From the human T2T-CHM13v2.0 reference genome, Homo sapiens: 64,000 nucleotides of DNA. The translations under genes were made by a program, and so were the position numbers. The stretch lies in NCBI RefSeq assembly GCF_009914755.1, contig NC_060933.1; one strand, written 5' to 3'. This document shows, piece after piece, positions 1 to 13,169 of the stretch. A model generated the notes under the pieces. It searched no databases. It had not been told where the DNA came from and was given only the letters and a program-made list of their open reading frames with translations. Within the stretch, counting starts at the first letter, position 1, and each line of letters begins with the position of its first letter.

Positions 1-737
1 CAGTGGGTTAAAAATACAAATTTCAGTCAGATAGTTGAGAGGGGTTTTTTGGGTCTAGATAATTATAACTGAATTTTGTTATCTTAGATAATTTCTCTAA
101 TTGGATGTTCTAAATTTAGATTCTAAATTGATCAATTTTTGTGCACTGATGTGTCCTATTTAAGCTAATAGTACTTAAACTTAATGACTTATCTGACAGT
201 GAAGACAGTGATAACTGGGCAGTAGTACAGGAGTAGGGAGTATGGCAGAAAATTCTTACAGGGTCTTACATCTGGTATCCTGGAAAATTTTATCCTTTGG
301 AATCGGAAGTGAAGATGGAAAAAAATGTATTCATATGGTGAAGGTATTTGTCAATCAATCTATTTGTCTGTCTGTCTATGTCAGAATACCAGAAAGTAGG
401 GTTATATTGCTTCTTCCTTTCTTGAATACAGTCCTTCTGGTGGAATCAAAGACCACAGAAACTTTACTTGAGAAATTCCGTGATTTGAGCAGAGCCCACC
501 TATATCAATTCCATATATCTAGAATATTTTGGTGCAATTTAGCCTTCCATCTGCCATAAATGCTTGTTGGTCCTTGGGTTTTTTTTTTTATCTGCAAGTG
601 GGAATTGCCATGGCTATTAAATCATTAGAACATCTCTGAATGATGTAACATTACCTTTACTACTTACGCATTATGAAGAAATACCAAAAAGTATCATGGG
701 GCAATTTTAGGATAAACTATATAAAAAAAAAAGATTT

Positions 738-908
738 GGCCAGGTGCAGTGGCTCATGCCTGTAATTCCAATGCTTTGGGAGGCTGATTGCTTCCTAAAG
801 CGCTTGGGTGGATCACTTAAGCCCAAGAGGTCAAAGCATAGTGAGCTGCAATCGTGCCATTGCACTCTAGCCTGAGTGACACAGTGACACCCTGTCTCAA
901 AAAAAAAT
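738..908 (+). mobile_element. Old Alu monomer or deleted AluJ-like element
   Basis: GGCCAGGTGCAGTGGCTCATGCC start, AluJ-like right-arm end, A tail. Confidence 0.8.
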
Positions 909-1253
909 TTTTTTTTTTTTGAAGGTAAAACTAATGGAAAGAGGTTGAGAAAATGGTATGCCAGTTGAGACACTATGGTTTAATGGAAAGATTAGTTGAT
1001 TCAGAACTCACTGTACAGGATTCTAATTCTGTCTCTGCTGCTAACAAATTGTGTGGCTTTGGGCAGATTACTCAATCATATGTCTCCATGTTGTCATTGT
1101 TAAAGATGAAATATTGAATTAGATGATCTTGAAGGTCCCTTCTGGTTCTTAAGCTTATGCAGTCATGTGCATGTGCACATCCAACCCCTCCAAAATAAAG
1201 AAAATAGGCCTGATTATTCAAATGATTTGAACTTTAAAGCTATTTACATATAA

Positions 1254-1481
<228 letters not shown>

Positions 1482-1612
1482 TAGAATTACTCTATCTCTG
1501 AACTTTCATATTTCTTTCACATGATTTGTATTTTTTAGCCCATCTAATTTTAAAAAGAAGGTTGGTGTGGCATTACACAATTTATTCTCAGTTTGTGGTT
1601 CTTTAATTATAG

Positions 1613-1816
<204 letters not shown>

Positions 1817-1960
1817 TAATGAATCATTACTAATTTTTAATTCCTTTAAAACATTTTCTTGATGTCATTTGGGCCCTCTTAATTTCTTATGTTCATATGG
1901 CTTTTCATGCTTTATACATATTCTAATCTCCTTGACTGAGAATTATTTTCATTTTTATAA

Positions 1961-2273
<313 letters not shown>

Positions 2274-2773
2274 AAAAAGACCTTTTCTTTCAGTAACCTA
2301 ATTTTAGTTTTCCATTTAGTGAGTTGTAAATTATAGTATTTTTTTTTTTGCTTAAATTGACTTTTAAAAAACAATTCTCTTTAACATTTCTCATATTTTA
2401 TAATTGATTGATTTTCTAAACATGAGCTGTATTTGTTTTGCTTTGTTCTCTCCTTTTTCAAAATACTGAGCTGAAATGCATGTGTTTGACCTATAGGTGC
2501 TTTCTACCCCAGTACTACTCACCTTTCTCACAATAAGTATCAGTATATTACCTTACTTTATGAATACTAAAACTTCTTATTTTGGAAAACAAAATTTTAT
2601 CCTTTGCAAAGTCTCTCTTGAAGGCCTGTCAGATTATGGGTAATGATTAAAGGCTCCCATTAATATAATTGAAACTATTTGAGTTTCCCTGTATCATTTA
2701 GTATTTTTAACTCACGATTATTTTGGTCAACTTGAATGTATATCAGTTTAGTCCAGAGAATGTTATTTGCTAA

Positions 2774-2965
<192 letters not shown>

Positions 2966-3115
2966 TAGAGTATAATCATTTCATTTAGGAAAAACTTAAG
3001 AGCGTTTCTAAAGTTCACTTTCTACAACATTTTAAGGAGTGCTTGTAGAAAAAAAAGGTTTGGTTGTCAGATGTTGGAGAAATGCTGTGTTAAATAAACA
3101 GCTATCTTTACTGAA

Positions 3116-4079
3116 TGAAGGGGGCCAGCCCCTCCACACCTGTGGGTAATTCTCGTCAGGTGGGACCAGAGACTGAGAAAAGAAATAAGACACAGAGACA
3201 AAAGTATAGAGAAAGAAAAGTGGGCCCAGGGGACCAGTGCTCAGCATATGGAGGACCCGCACCAACACTGGTCTCTGAGTTTCCTCAGTATTTATTACTG
3301 TTTTCACTATCTCAGCAAGAGGAATGCGGCAGGAGAGCAGGGTGATAGTGGGGAGAAGGTCAGCAAGAAAACATGTGAGGAAAGGAATCTGTGTCACAAA
3401 TAAGTTCAAGGGGAGGTACTATGCCTGGATGTGCACATAGGCCAGATTTATGCTTCTCTCCACCCAAACATCTCAGTGGAGTAAAGAATAATAAAGCAGC
3501 ATTGCTGCCAACATGTCTCGCCTCCCGCCACAGGGCAGTTTTTCTCCTATCTCAGAAATGAACAAATGTATAATTGGGTTTTATACCGAGGCATTCAGTT
3601 CCCAGGGGCAGGCAGGAGACAGTGGCCTTCCTCTTTTACTAATCCTCCCCAGCACAGACCCTTCACGGATGTTGGGCTGGGGGACGGTCAGGTCTTTCCC
3701 ATCCCACGAGGCCATATTTCAGACTATCACATGGGGAGAAACCTTGGACATTACCCGGCTTTCCAGGGCAGAGGTCCCTGCGGCTTTCCGCAGTGCATTG
3801 TGTCCCTGGTTTATTGAGACTGGAGAATGGCGATGACTTTTACCAAGCATACTGCCTGTACACATTTTGTTAACAAGGCACATCCTACACAGCCCTAGCC
3901 TTAAACCTTGATTCCATACAACACATATTTTTGTGAGCTTCAGGTTGGGGCAAAGTTACAGATTAACAGCATCTCAGGGCAAAGCAATTGTTCAGGGTAC
4001 AGATCAAAATGGAATTTCTTATGTCTTCCTTTTCTACATAGACACAGTAACACACTGATCTCTCTTTCTTTTCCCTATA
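3116..4079 (-). mobile_element. HERV-K (HML-2) solo LTR, older LTR5A/B type
   Basis: 964 bp; LTR5-type termini; 6-bp TSD ACTGAA at 3110-3115 and 4080-4085; subfamily assigned from memory. Confidence 0.85.
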
Positions 4080-5762
4080 ACTGAAGAACTTTTCAGAGGC
4101 TTTAACATGTAATGTGCATGAACATCTTCAAGAGGAAGATGAATTAGGCAGTATTATTCAAATTGACTTGACCAAGAGACTGTTCCTTGGTAGCAGGAGT
4201 TCATTGTTAAGTGATTCAGTGAAATACAGAAAGGAATACATAAGCTTTTCTGCCTGCCTTTCTGCCTTTAGTTATCTCAGGGAGAATTAATCTTATTGCT
4301 TAGGGTCTAGGATTTTGACTGTGCCATATTCACTAGCAGAGACTCTGTCTATTAAAACGTCACACAGTCATGTATAACCTACATATTATAAGTAAGACCA
4401 GGGAATGCTCAGTTCTTAGTAGGTCCAACCATAGTGGTAAGCTCTTTCTCGCATAAGCTTGCTAGGATAAGGTTCTCACTAGTAAGTACCATGTTAGTGT
4501 TGTCTGTTATTATCAGCTATTCCTAAATTCATATTTTCCTGAAATATCTCCAGATGTCATTGATTTTCCTCTTTTCTGGGAACTTATAGCATTTATTGTT
4601 TCTTTTATACAATTTAATCACAGTCTTCTGTTGTTTATTAGATCTTGGTTTTTGTTTGCTTGCCCTTTTTTTCCTTGACTTAAAAAAAGTTCCTTTAGAT
4701 CCCAATAGATTACCAGGCACACAATTTTGTCATATATTGTCAAAACAATGGAATATATACTGGTATTTAAGAAGTAGACATAACAAAGAATACATCAAAA
4801 GATCACTAATTTAGATTAACAAAAGGGAAACAGCAGACTAAATTATAAAGTTATCTTTTCAAGTAATTTTTTCTAGTTATGAAAGTGATATACTGCTTAT
4901 AGAGAAATTGGAAAATATTACAATGAAGATACGTTCCATTTGTTGTAGTCTCTGCACAACTACACAATTTCTTTCAATAGTGAAACCATTCTATATATAC
5001 AATTCTATATCTTGCTATTTTTCATATATCAAGATTTTCCCATTATTAATATTCTTTTGAGACATAATTTTAAGTGAATATACCATAATTTATTTACAAC
5101 ATTCCCCTTTATTGTAATTTTGAGTTAATTTTCTTTTGCTTTTTAACATTTTTAGTGTTTTCCATAGTTCCGTGAGCTTAAAATTCTTTTAAACATAAGT
5201 AAATTGAAGAGACTCTAAGGAAGGCGTTTTCAAAATACATGTACAATGAAATATATTTCTTAGTAATTTAGTTTGTAGGAAATGAAAGGTAAATGGTGTA
5301 ATCATTAGTCAGTCATAGATATTTTAATGTGGATATTTCCTATCTGTATTTAACACCATAATTTTACTTTCATCTTTGTTTGTTTGAAGTAATTGATGTG
5401 TTCAGTGGTTTGTCTAGATATTTGTACTGCCTTACTGAAACAATCAAAATGCCATTCCTACAAAAATGATTGCATGTCACCTTTCCATTTTATAAAAATT
5501 AGCTACTGTATCCCTTTGTTATCCTTTTCAATTAGTGGTATGGTGAAAATATTCCAAAGAGGGATATATATTTAAAATTATTTTCATATGTTTTAAGCCA
5601 AGAGAAATAATGGTATATTTTTTTATTTTTTAAAAAATATTTTCATACTGTTGTAAAAGGAGCCAAGAAACTATTGTGAAATCTTTTCTTTTGCTATTTG
5701 AAATCTAGAGTGTTTTTTGCTTTCTTCCTTTATCCTCATGCCCACATATACTTATATTCTTT

Positions 5763-7384
5763 TTTAAATTAATTTTAACATGGATTATTTGTGTAATAGC
5801 CTTACATGTGGATATTAACAGTGTAAACAGTACCACATATAACCATCAAGACACCTCAATTAGAATTTATAGGACTAGAATGACAGATTCAGATGGTTTA
5901 ATTACATTTAAAAAGTTATCTGAAAAAACTTTTGCAATAAAACAAATTGCCCATCAATAAGTTTGATATCTTTTAAAATGATTTTTGGTTATCTGCACAT
6001 GAAGCAAACAAAGTGTATTCCACAAAATTCTTAGGCACAGTCTGAGATAGCTGCCAGAAAGAACAGAAAGAGTTGTCATTTATGTCTTGTGAGTACAATT
6101 TCTGAAAGTTGAATGAGGGCGTCTCTTTCTGGGGATGAGAAGTTTACTGCTCTCTCTTATTGCTTCATGGCAGTACTGCTGGGCAAGGTAGGTTGTTTGT
6201 TTTACACCATCACTCTGTAATACATACTGTGGAGCTCTGTCTACATCTCCCGGCAAACTGAACCATCTCATGATCATAGCATTCATTTCTGGGAACTGCT
6301 GACAGGCAAATAGGACAGGACCAGTGGCTAACCTGAGATTCACATCAGCTGATGTTGGTTTGCCTATGTTAGAACATGAGGTGAAGTCGAATACATCATC
6401 TATTAGCTGAAAAGCTATTCCTACATTTTTTCCGTACTGATAGGTGATCTCATGCACCACTGGGTCGGGGCATCCTAGAACAGAGACTGCTTTACAATTG
6501 TTGGCTATCAGGCTCGCAGTATTCTTGAAGGTCTTTTCAAGGTATTGTGCAAATCTCTCATGCTCATTTTCTTTTGACCCGAGCTGAAGAAATTCACCAC
6601 ACACCAAATCTTCAATAACTCGGGTTAAAATAGATATAACAGCTGTATTTCCAGTTTGTGCCCCACCTATAGATACTACAGAAAGAATTAAATCTCCAGC
6701 AAGGACAGCCTTCTTTTCACCCCAGATCTTGTGTGTTTTCCTTTTCGAGAACGTGCATTATCAATAACGTCATCGTGAACAAGACTAGCAGTGTGGATCA
6801 TTTCTGCAATTAAGGCTGTGGCGCGCTGGCTAGCTTGCACATGTCGGGAGTTATTATGATGAATATTACATGCTCGGGCCATTAGTACCACAATAATTGA
6901 TCGAAAGGCTTTTCCTTTTACATCAAAGTAGTACTCAGACATTTCCTTAAGTTCTGTTGTTGATATGAGCGGTTCCTTTCTAATACCCTCATACAGACCT
7001 TTCAAGTCTCTCCAACCGAGTTTGAAAGGATCGGTGTATTTCTCACCACTGTGTGTTTTGCTGTACGGGGTTGTGTGATGAAACTGTGATATACTATATA
7101 CATTTGGACAGGCAGGTGTTAAATGCTTCACAAGATTAAAATAGGGTATCTGAGACAAGTCAAGTCCCTTCTGCCTATGAGCCTGCGCGGGCATCGGCAG
7201 CGGCGCGCGGCCCCGGCGGCCCCGCAAGGCTCGGGGAGCGGTCTCCACGCCGCCGGTCTCCAGCAACAGCCGCGCCGCCCCCGCCACCAGCGCGAGGCCA
7301 CGGTCGGAGTCTGAAAGTCGCGGTAGGATGGTGGCTCCGCCTCTGGCCCGCGATCCTCCTGCCAGGACCTGGAGCCTGAAACCT
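5763..7384 (-). pseudogene. PDSS1P1: PDSS1 (decaprenyl diphosphate synthase subunit 1) processed pseudogene
   Basis: Intronless CDS remnant 7301-6076 with LVHDDVID and FQLIDD motifs, ATG changed to GTG, frameshifts; TSD CTTATATTCTTT at 5751-5762 and 7385-7396. Confidence 0.93.
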
Positions 7385-8198
7385 CTTATATTCTTTATAT
7401 CCTTTACCTTCTCGCTTCACTCCTAGCGGTTTTGAAATCCTCTTTATTCCTTTTTCCTCCATGGTGCAGATATGGGATTCAGAGATCAGGATCTTAGTGC
7501 GACTACTTTGAAATTATCAGCATCATTCTCAATCTTCTCTGAATATGATTCTTATTTTCCTCTCTTCCCATCATTAGCTAACATCTTGGTCCACATTCCT
7601 TGAATACTTTTAGTACTCATTGTTTTCTCATCACCTTACCTCCTGCCATTATTTTGGATGCCCTTCCAATACTTAAAAAAAAAATTCCTTGGCTTCTCTA
7701 CCCCAAAGTTATGATTATGTTAAATGAGTTCCTTTGAACTCTATAATCCCATGTAATAACCTTACTTAGAAAATTTCCTACCCTGAAATCTCCCTGTCTG
7801 ACTATAACTTTATAGCCTTTGGCTTTTTTCAACATAAATGCCTTCTTTTTGATATCTTTGGTATTGCTAGTGTCTTTCACACTTTCTTCTTATTGGAACG
7901 TAAATTGGTGACCCTTTCTAGAGAGCTTCTCATAGAGCAGTTTGTATCAAGCGCGTTTAAATGTTCATATCTTTTAAACTACTTTCGCTGGTATCCACAA
8001 TTATATCACCCCCCCTTCCCTTGATTATCTGCTTCACTTTCCCTATTATTTCCTAGTACGGGAACAATACAACTTAGCATTTTTAAATTGTGCTTCCATC
8101 CCTCAAACACTAAAAGAAAAAAATCAGATATAAATCTTTATTGTTTTCATTGAAAATTGGTTTCCAACATTGGTTAGGCACTTATGACTCTTACTGGT

Positions 8199-8555
8199 TG
8201 TATTAGTCTGTTCTCACGCTGCAAATAAAGACATACCCGAGACTGGGTAATTTATAAAGGAAAGAGGTTTAATTGACTGACAGTTACCCATGGCTGGGGA
8301 GGCCTCAGGAAACTTACAGTCATGGCAGAAGGCACCTCTTCACAGGGCAGCAGGAGAGAGAATGAGTGCCAGCAGGAGAAATGCCAGATGCTTACAAAAC
8401 CATCAGATCTCATGAGAACTATCACGAGAACAGCATGGAGGAAACCACCCGCATGATTCAGTTGCCTCCCACCAGGTCCTTCCAATGACATGTGGGGATT
8501 ATGGGGTTTACAATTCAAGATGAGATTTGGGTGAGGACAATGCCAAACCATATCA
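8199..8555 (-). mobile_element. THE1/MST-type MaLR solo LTR
   Basis: TGTATTAG...CCATATCA termini; 5-bp TSD CTGGT on both sides. Confidence 0.9.
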
Positions 8556-9684
8556 CTGGTAGTTCTTTTACTCTCCCTTACTTGATTTCTTTTCTGGTCC
8601 TATCTCAAACCCTTCTGGTTTTCTATCTTAAATCTTTCTTTTCGCTGTATTTTTCTTCATCTCCTTCTTCCATAAGAAAAATAGAGGCATTCCGAATTAA
8701 AAGTGAGACTGATTTTTGCCTATCAAAGTGACAAGGATTTAGAAAAAGTATAATGATCATTGTTGGCAGGGATGTGATAAAATATACATTTTCCCACTGC
8801 TTATTGGAACATCAAATGGTAACCACTGCCAGACAGCTTCTAATGCAGTGTGTATCAAGTCCCTTTGAAATGTTCTTATCTTTTGAACAGCTAATTAAGT
8901 ATCCTTAATAGAGATGTACACAAATATTTATTTATAAGAATATTATTGCAATGACATGACTGTATTTAAAAATTTTTCTTAGTGTACATTTATGTTTCCA
9001 ATGTTAAAATTAGTGCATTCGTGTGACAATATACAATAATTAAAAATTATTAATTTCAAGGAATATATAGTGGCACTAGAAAATAAATTTTATGAACACA
9101 TTGTTAAGTAGAGGGGAAGAAGATAAAACTTATTTCCTACTTTTGTTTTCTAAAATGTGTTTTGGAATAATTTCTCACAACAGCCTCATGAGATAGACAT
9201 TTTATTATTCTCCACTTTAAGGATGAAAAACCTCATTTTAGGGAGTTCTGAATTGTCCGCGGTCACAGAGAGAGCAAGTTGTGGATCAATATTCTAGTTC
9301 CAATCTGACTTGAGAGTCCTGGGTCTTGAGAGTCCTGGGTCTATCCACCTTATTGTGTGGCCTTCTAAACTGTGTAATTAAGAGATTTAACTTTGAGCCT
9401 ACATGGTCTAGGTTTTTTAAAAAACTGACTTCAAGTATATAACTGAAAATATAGTCACTTAGAATCTTGTAACTCAAGAACTACATTGTTTTATCCTGTA
9501 AGAATGCAATAATATCCAAAATACACTAATTTGATTAATATCAAAAACCTATACTTTATTTAAATGTTATAGCAACTTACCAATTCTATGTACTTAATGA
9601 GTTTTAGGTAAAAAGAGTGGATTTCTTTAAAGACATCTTCAAAAAAAAAATGTAGAGTCATCCCATAGGCTAAAAGTTTCTTAC

Positions 9685-10062
9685 TTCTTAATTTGCTTTG
9701 GCTGCTATAACAAAATACCATAGACTGGGTAGCTTAAACATCAGACATTTATTTCTTTGAATTCCAGGGCCTGGAAAGTCTGAGATCAAAGTTCTGGCAG
9801 GGATTGGTTTCTAGTGAGGTTTCTTCTTGGCTTGCAGATGGCCATCTTCTTGCTGTGTCCTCACATGGGAGAGAGAGATTGCTCTAATGTCTCTTCCTCT
9901 TATAAGGGCACTAGCCTTGTCACATTAGAGTTCCACCCTTATAACCTAATTTAACTTTTATCACCTCCTCACAAGGCCCTATCTCCAAATACAGTCATAA
10001 TGGGGGTTAAGGCTTCATTATATAAATTTTGGGTAAGGGGTCACTGACATTTAGCCCATAAC
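9685..10062 (-). mobile_element. MLT1-type MaLR LTR
   Basis: GCTGCTATAACAAAATACCATAGACTGGGTAGCTTAAACA...CCATAACA; ends approximate. Confidence 0.7.
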
Positions 10063-10354
10063 AGACACATTCCATCCAGATCACTGACAGTGATAGCAAA
10101 AGGTATTTTGTAAAAAAGGAAAATTCTTCCTGGAAGTTAGTGACAAAAGTTTAGGAATCCTCAGCATGTCCCTTGGCTTATCTTGACAATTAATGCTCAT
10201 CATTTATTTAAATGCTTTTTTGAAGTAATTTATATTTCAGCCTATAATTCCTTTTGAAGAAATTAAATTTACAGATTTACTACCCACCTGTTGAGATAGT
10301 ATTTCCTTTTCTTGTTCTAAGAGTTCCTTAATATAAGCTTAAAGATAGTCTGCT

Positions 10355-10673
<319 letters not shown>

Positions 10674-10762
10674 CTACTAGAATTTTCTATATAATTATAA
10701 AATTTATTTGTAATTTGCCTTGAAAACTTGGTATTTCCATCCTAATGTGATGTGTCATTTAG

Positions 10763-11008
<246 letters not shown>

Positions 11009-11506
11009 TAATATAAATGTACAATGTCTTAACGATCTGGACTTATGCCAATGCCCAGAGGGAGAGGCATTCTATAATGACTAGAGATTGTGTTTGGTGA
11101 TCATAGACTATAACTATAGGAAGTATTTGGCTAGTTGGTTAAACATTCTTTTCACCTCTTGCTTAAGCTTACCAAGAAAGTATCATTTTTAAAGGAATTG
11201 TTTTTGTTTACATTTTCTATAAAAATATTTTTGAATTCAATGTTTTTTGTTCGATATCAATGAGGAGAAAGGAAGTTTTCTCATCAGTTTATTTTGGTTT
11301 GCCTGAAGAGTTATAGAAAACTGAAACGCAAATAGTTTCAAAGCTTTTATTCATTCAAAAGTTTTTGATTCAAAAAGACTATGTTCTTAACAACTATATC
11401 ACCTTTAATGTATAATAAAGTTTTGTCATCTTAGATTTCATATATGTTTAAGTCATTTATGTATGATAGTTTTCTAATATTTAATCAGTATAATATGGCA
11501 GAGTAA

Positions 11507-11689
<183 letters not shown>

Positions 11690-11827
11690 TGAAGCAACCG
11701 TGTTGAAGTAGACATTAGGAAATCATCTAGACGTTTTCATAGATAATAAAGGGAATATATAGGGTTAAGACCATTTAAATTGTTTATATTTATAAAACTA
11801 GCTGAAAGAAAAATGTTTTATCCATAG

Positions 11828-12001
<174 letters not shown>

Positions 12002-12092
12002 TGAGTATATTTCAGTATGATATATGAAATTTTAGAGCACAGACTTCAAACTTTATTGTTATTTAATAGTTTGCCATTTCTATATTTACAGT

Positions 12093-12107
12093 AACAGTGA
12101 ACATTTA
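12093..12107 (+). repeat. Left copy of 15-bp direct repeat (putative TSD of the composite insertion)
   Basis: AACAGTGAACATTTA, identical to 37123-37137. Confidence 0.9.
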
Positions 12108-12144
12108 AGTCTTTTAAGTCTTACATTTAACTTTTTTTTTTTAG

Positions 12145-13169
12145 GTCTTATAGTCATGGTTATAGTCCACGTGGGAAAATGGCATATGCTTTATTTCTAT
12201 TAAGTGTTGTCTTATTTATAGGGATTGTAGGTTTTTCTTCAAAACTGTCTCCTATTTATTGAGGCTTAGGGGTAATTATTAGTGGTGCTGTGGGTTGTGG
12301 TATTGTGTTGAATTTTGGTGGGGCTTTCATGGGGTTAATAGTCTTTTTTATTTACTTGGGTGGTATAATGGTTATTTTTGGTTATACTCCAGTGATAGCT
12401 ATTGAGGAGTATCCTGAAACATGAGGGCCAAGTACTGATATTTGAGGGGCCTTATTATTAGGATTATTAATAGAGTTGATACTGGTTTGGTGAATAGTTG
12501 AATATGATGGGGTGGTGATCACGGTTGATTTTAATAGCATAGGGAGTTGATTTAATTTTTGAGGGGGAGGGGTTGATTCATGAGGATTTTGTAGGTGCAG
12601 CTGCCTTGTATAATTATGGGTGTTGGTTGGTGGTTGCTGGTTGATCATTGTTAGTATTTTTGTCGCAATTGAAATTACTCAGGGTAATAGATTAGATAAT
12701 TAATAGTAGAGTTTAGGCCTTTTTGGTCAGATACAGTAATGGAGGCTGAAGTTTGGGTTCGTGAAATGGTTTTTGGTATAGACTTTTCTAGTCAAACTGG
12801 GTCTAGTAGAAGTGAAGCTAGATTTTGGCTTATGAATAGGCTTAAGTCGGGGGGCTGAATGGTGAATTGTAGCTGAATAAAAACCTAGTATACTGGAGAA
12901 GTTAAATGTCTATAATGGGTACTTTAAGGTTGTTAGTTATGAAATTAAGCTCTATTGCTAGTAAGAGACCTAGGGTGGTTACACCTAGGGCTGTGAGCTT
13001 TAGGTGGAGTGGTATAGTTGTTTGGGGGGATGAAGTAGGGATAATACTGTTAGTGATGAGGAATCCGGCGAAGATACTGCCGATTGCTAGGTGCTGAACT
13101 GAGTTAATTCGGAGAGGATTATCATTAATAACAATCAGAATTGTAAAACAAGGTTGTCCTATTACAGCA
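12145..13169 (+). pseudogene. NUMT, inverted block: partial tRNA-Glu, ND6 (12179-~12691, +) and 3' part of ND5 (-)
   Basis: ATGGCATATGCTTTATTTCTATTAAGT matches ND6 start (MAYALFLLSV); reverse-complement ND5 follows up to 13169. Confidence 0.92.

Noticed and set aside
899-920. Adjacent A and T runs forming a hairpin
   Set aside because: Alu tail next to a T run; low complexity.
242-973. 105-aa and 88-aa ORFs in intron 16
   Set aside because: No recognisable domain; the second is Alu-derived.
12081-12091. TATATTTACAG identical to the exon 23 acceptor (44043-44053)
   Set aside because: An 11-bp AT-rich match is plausible by chance, and no homology extends beyond it.
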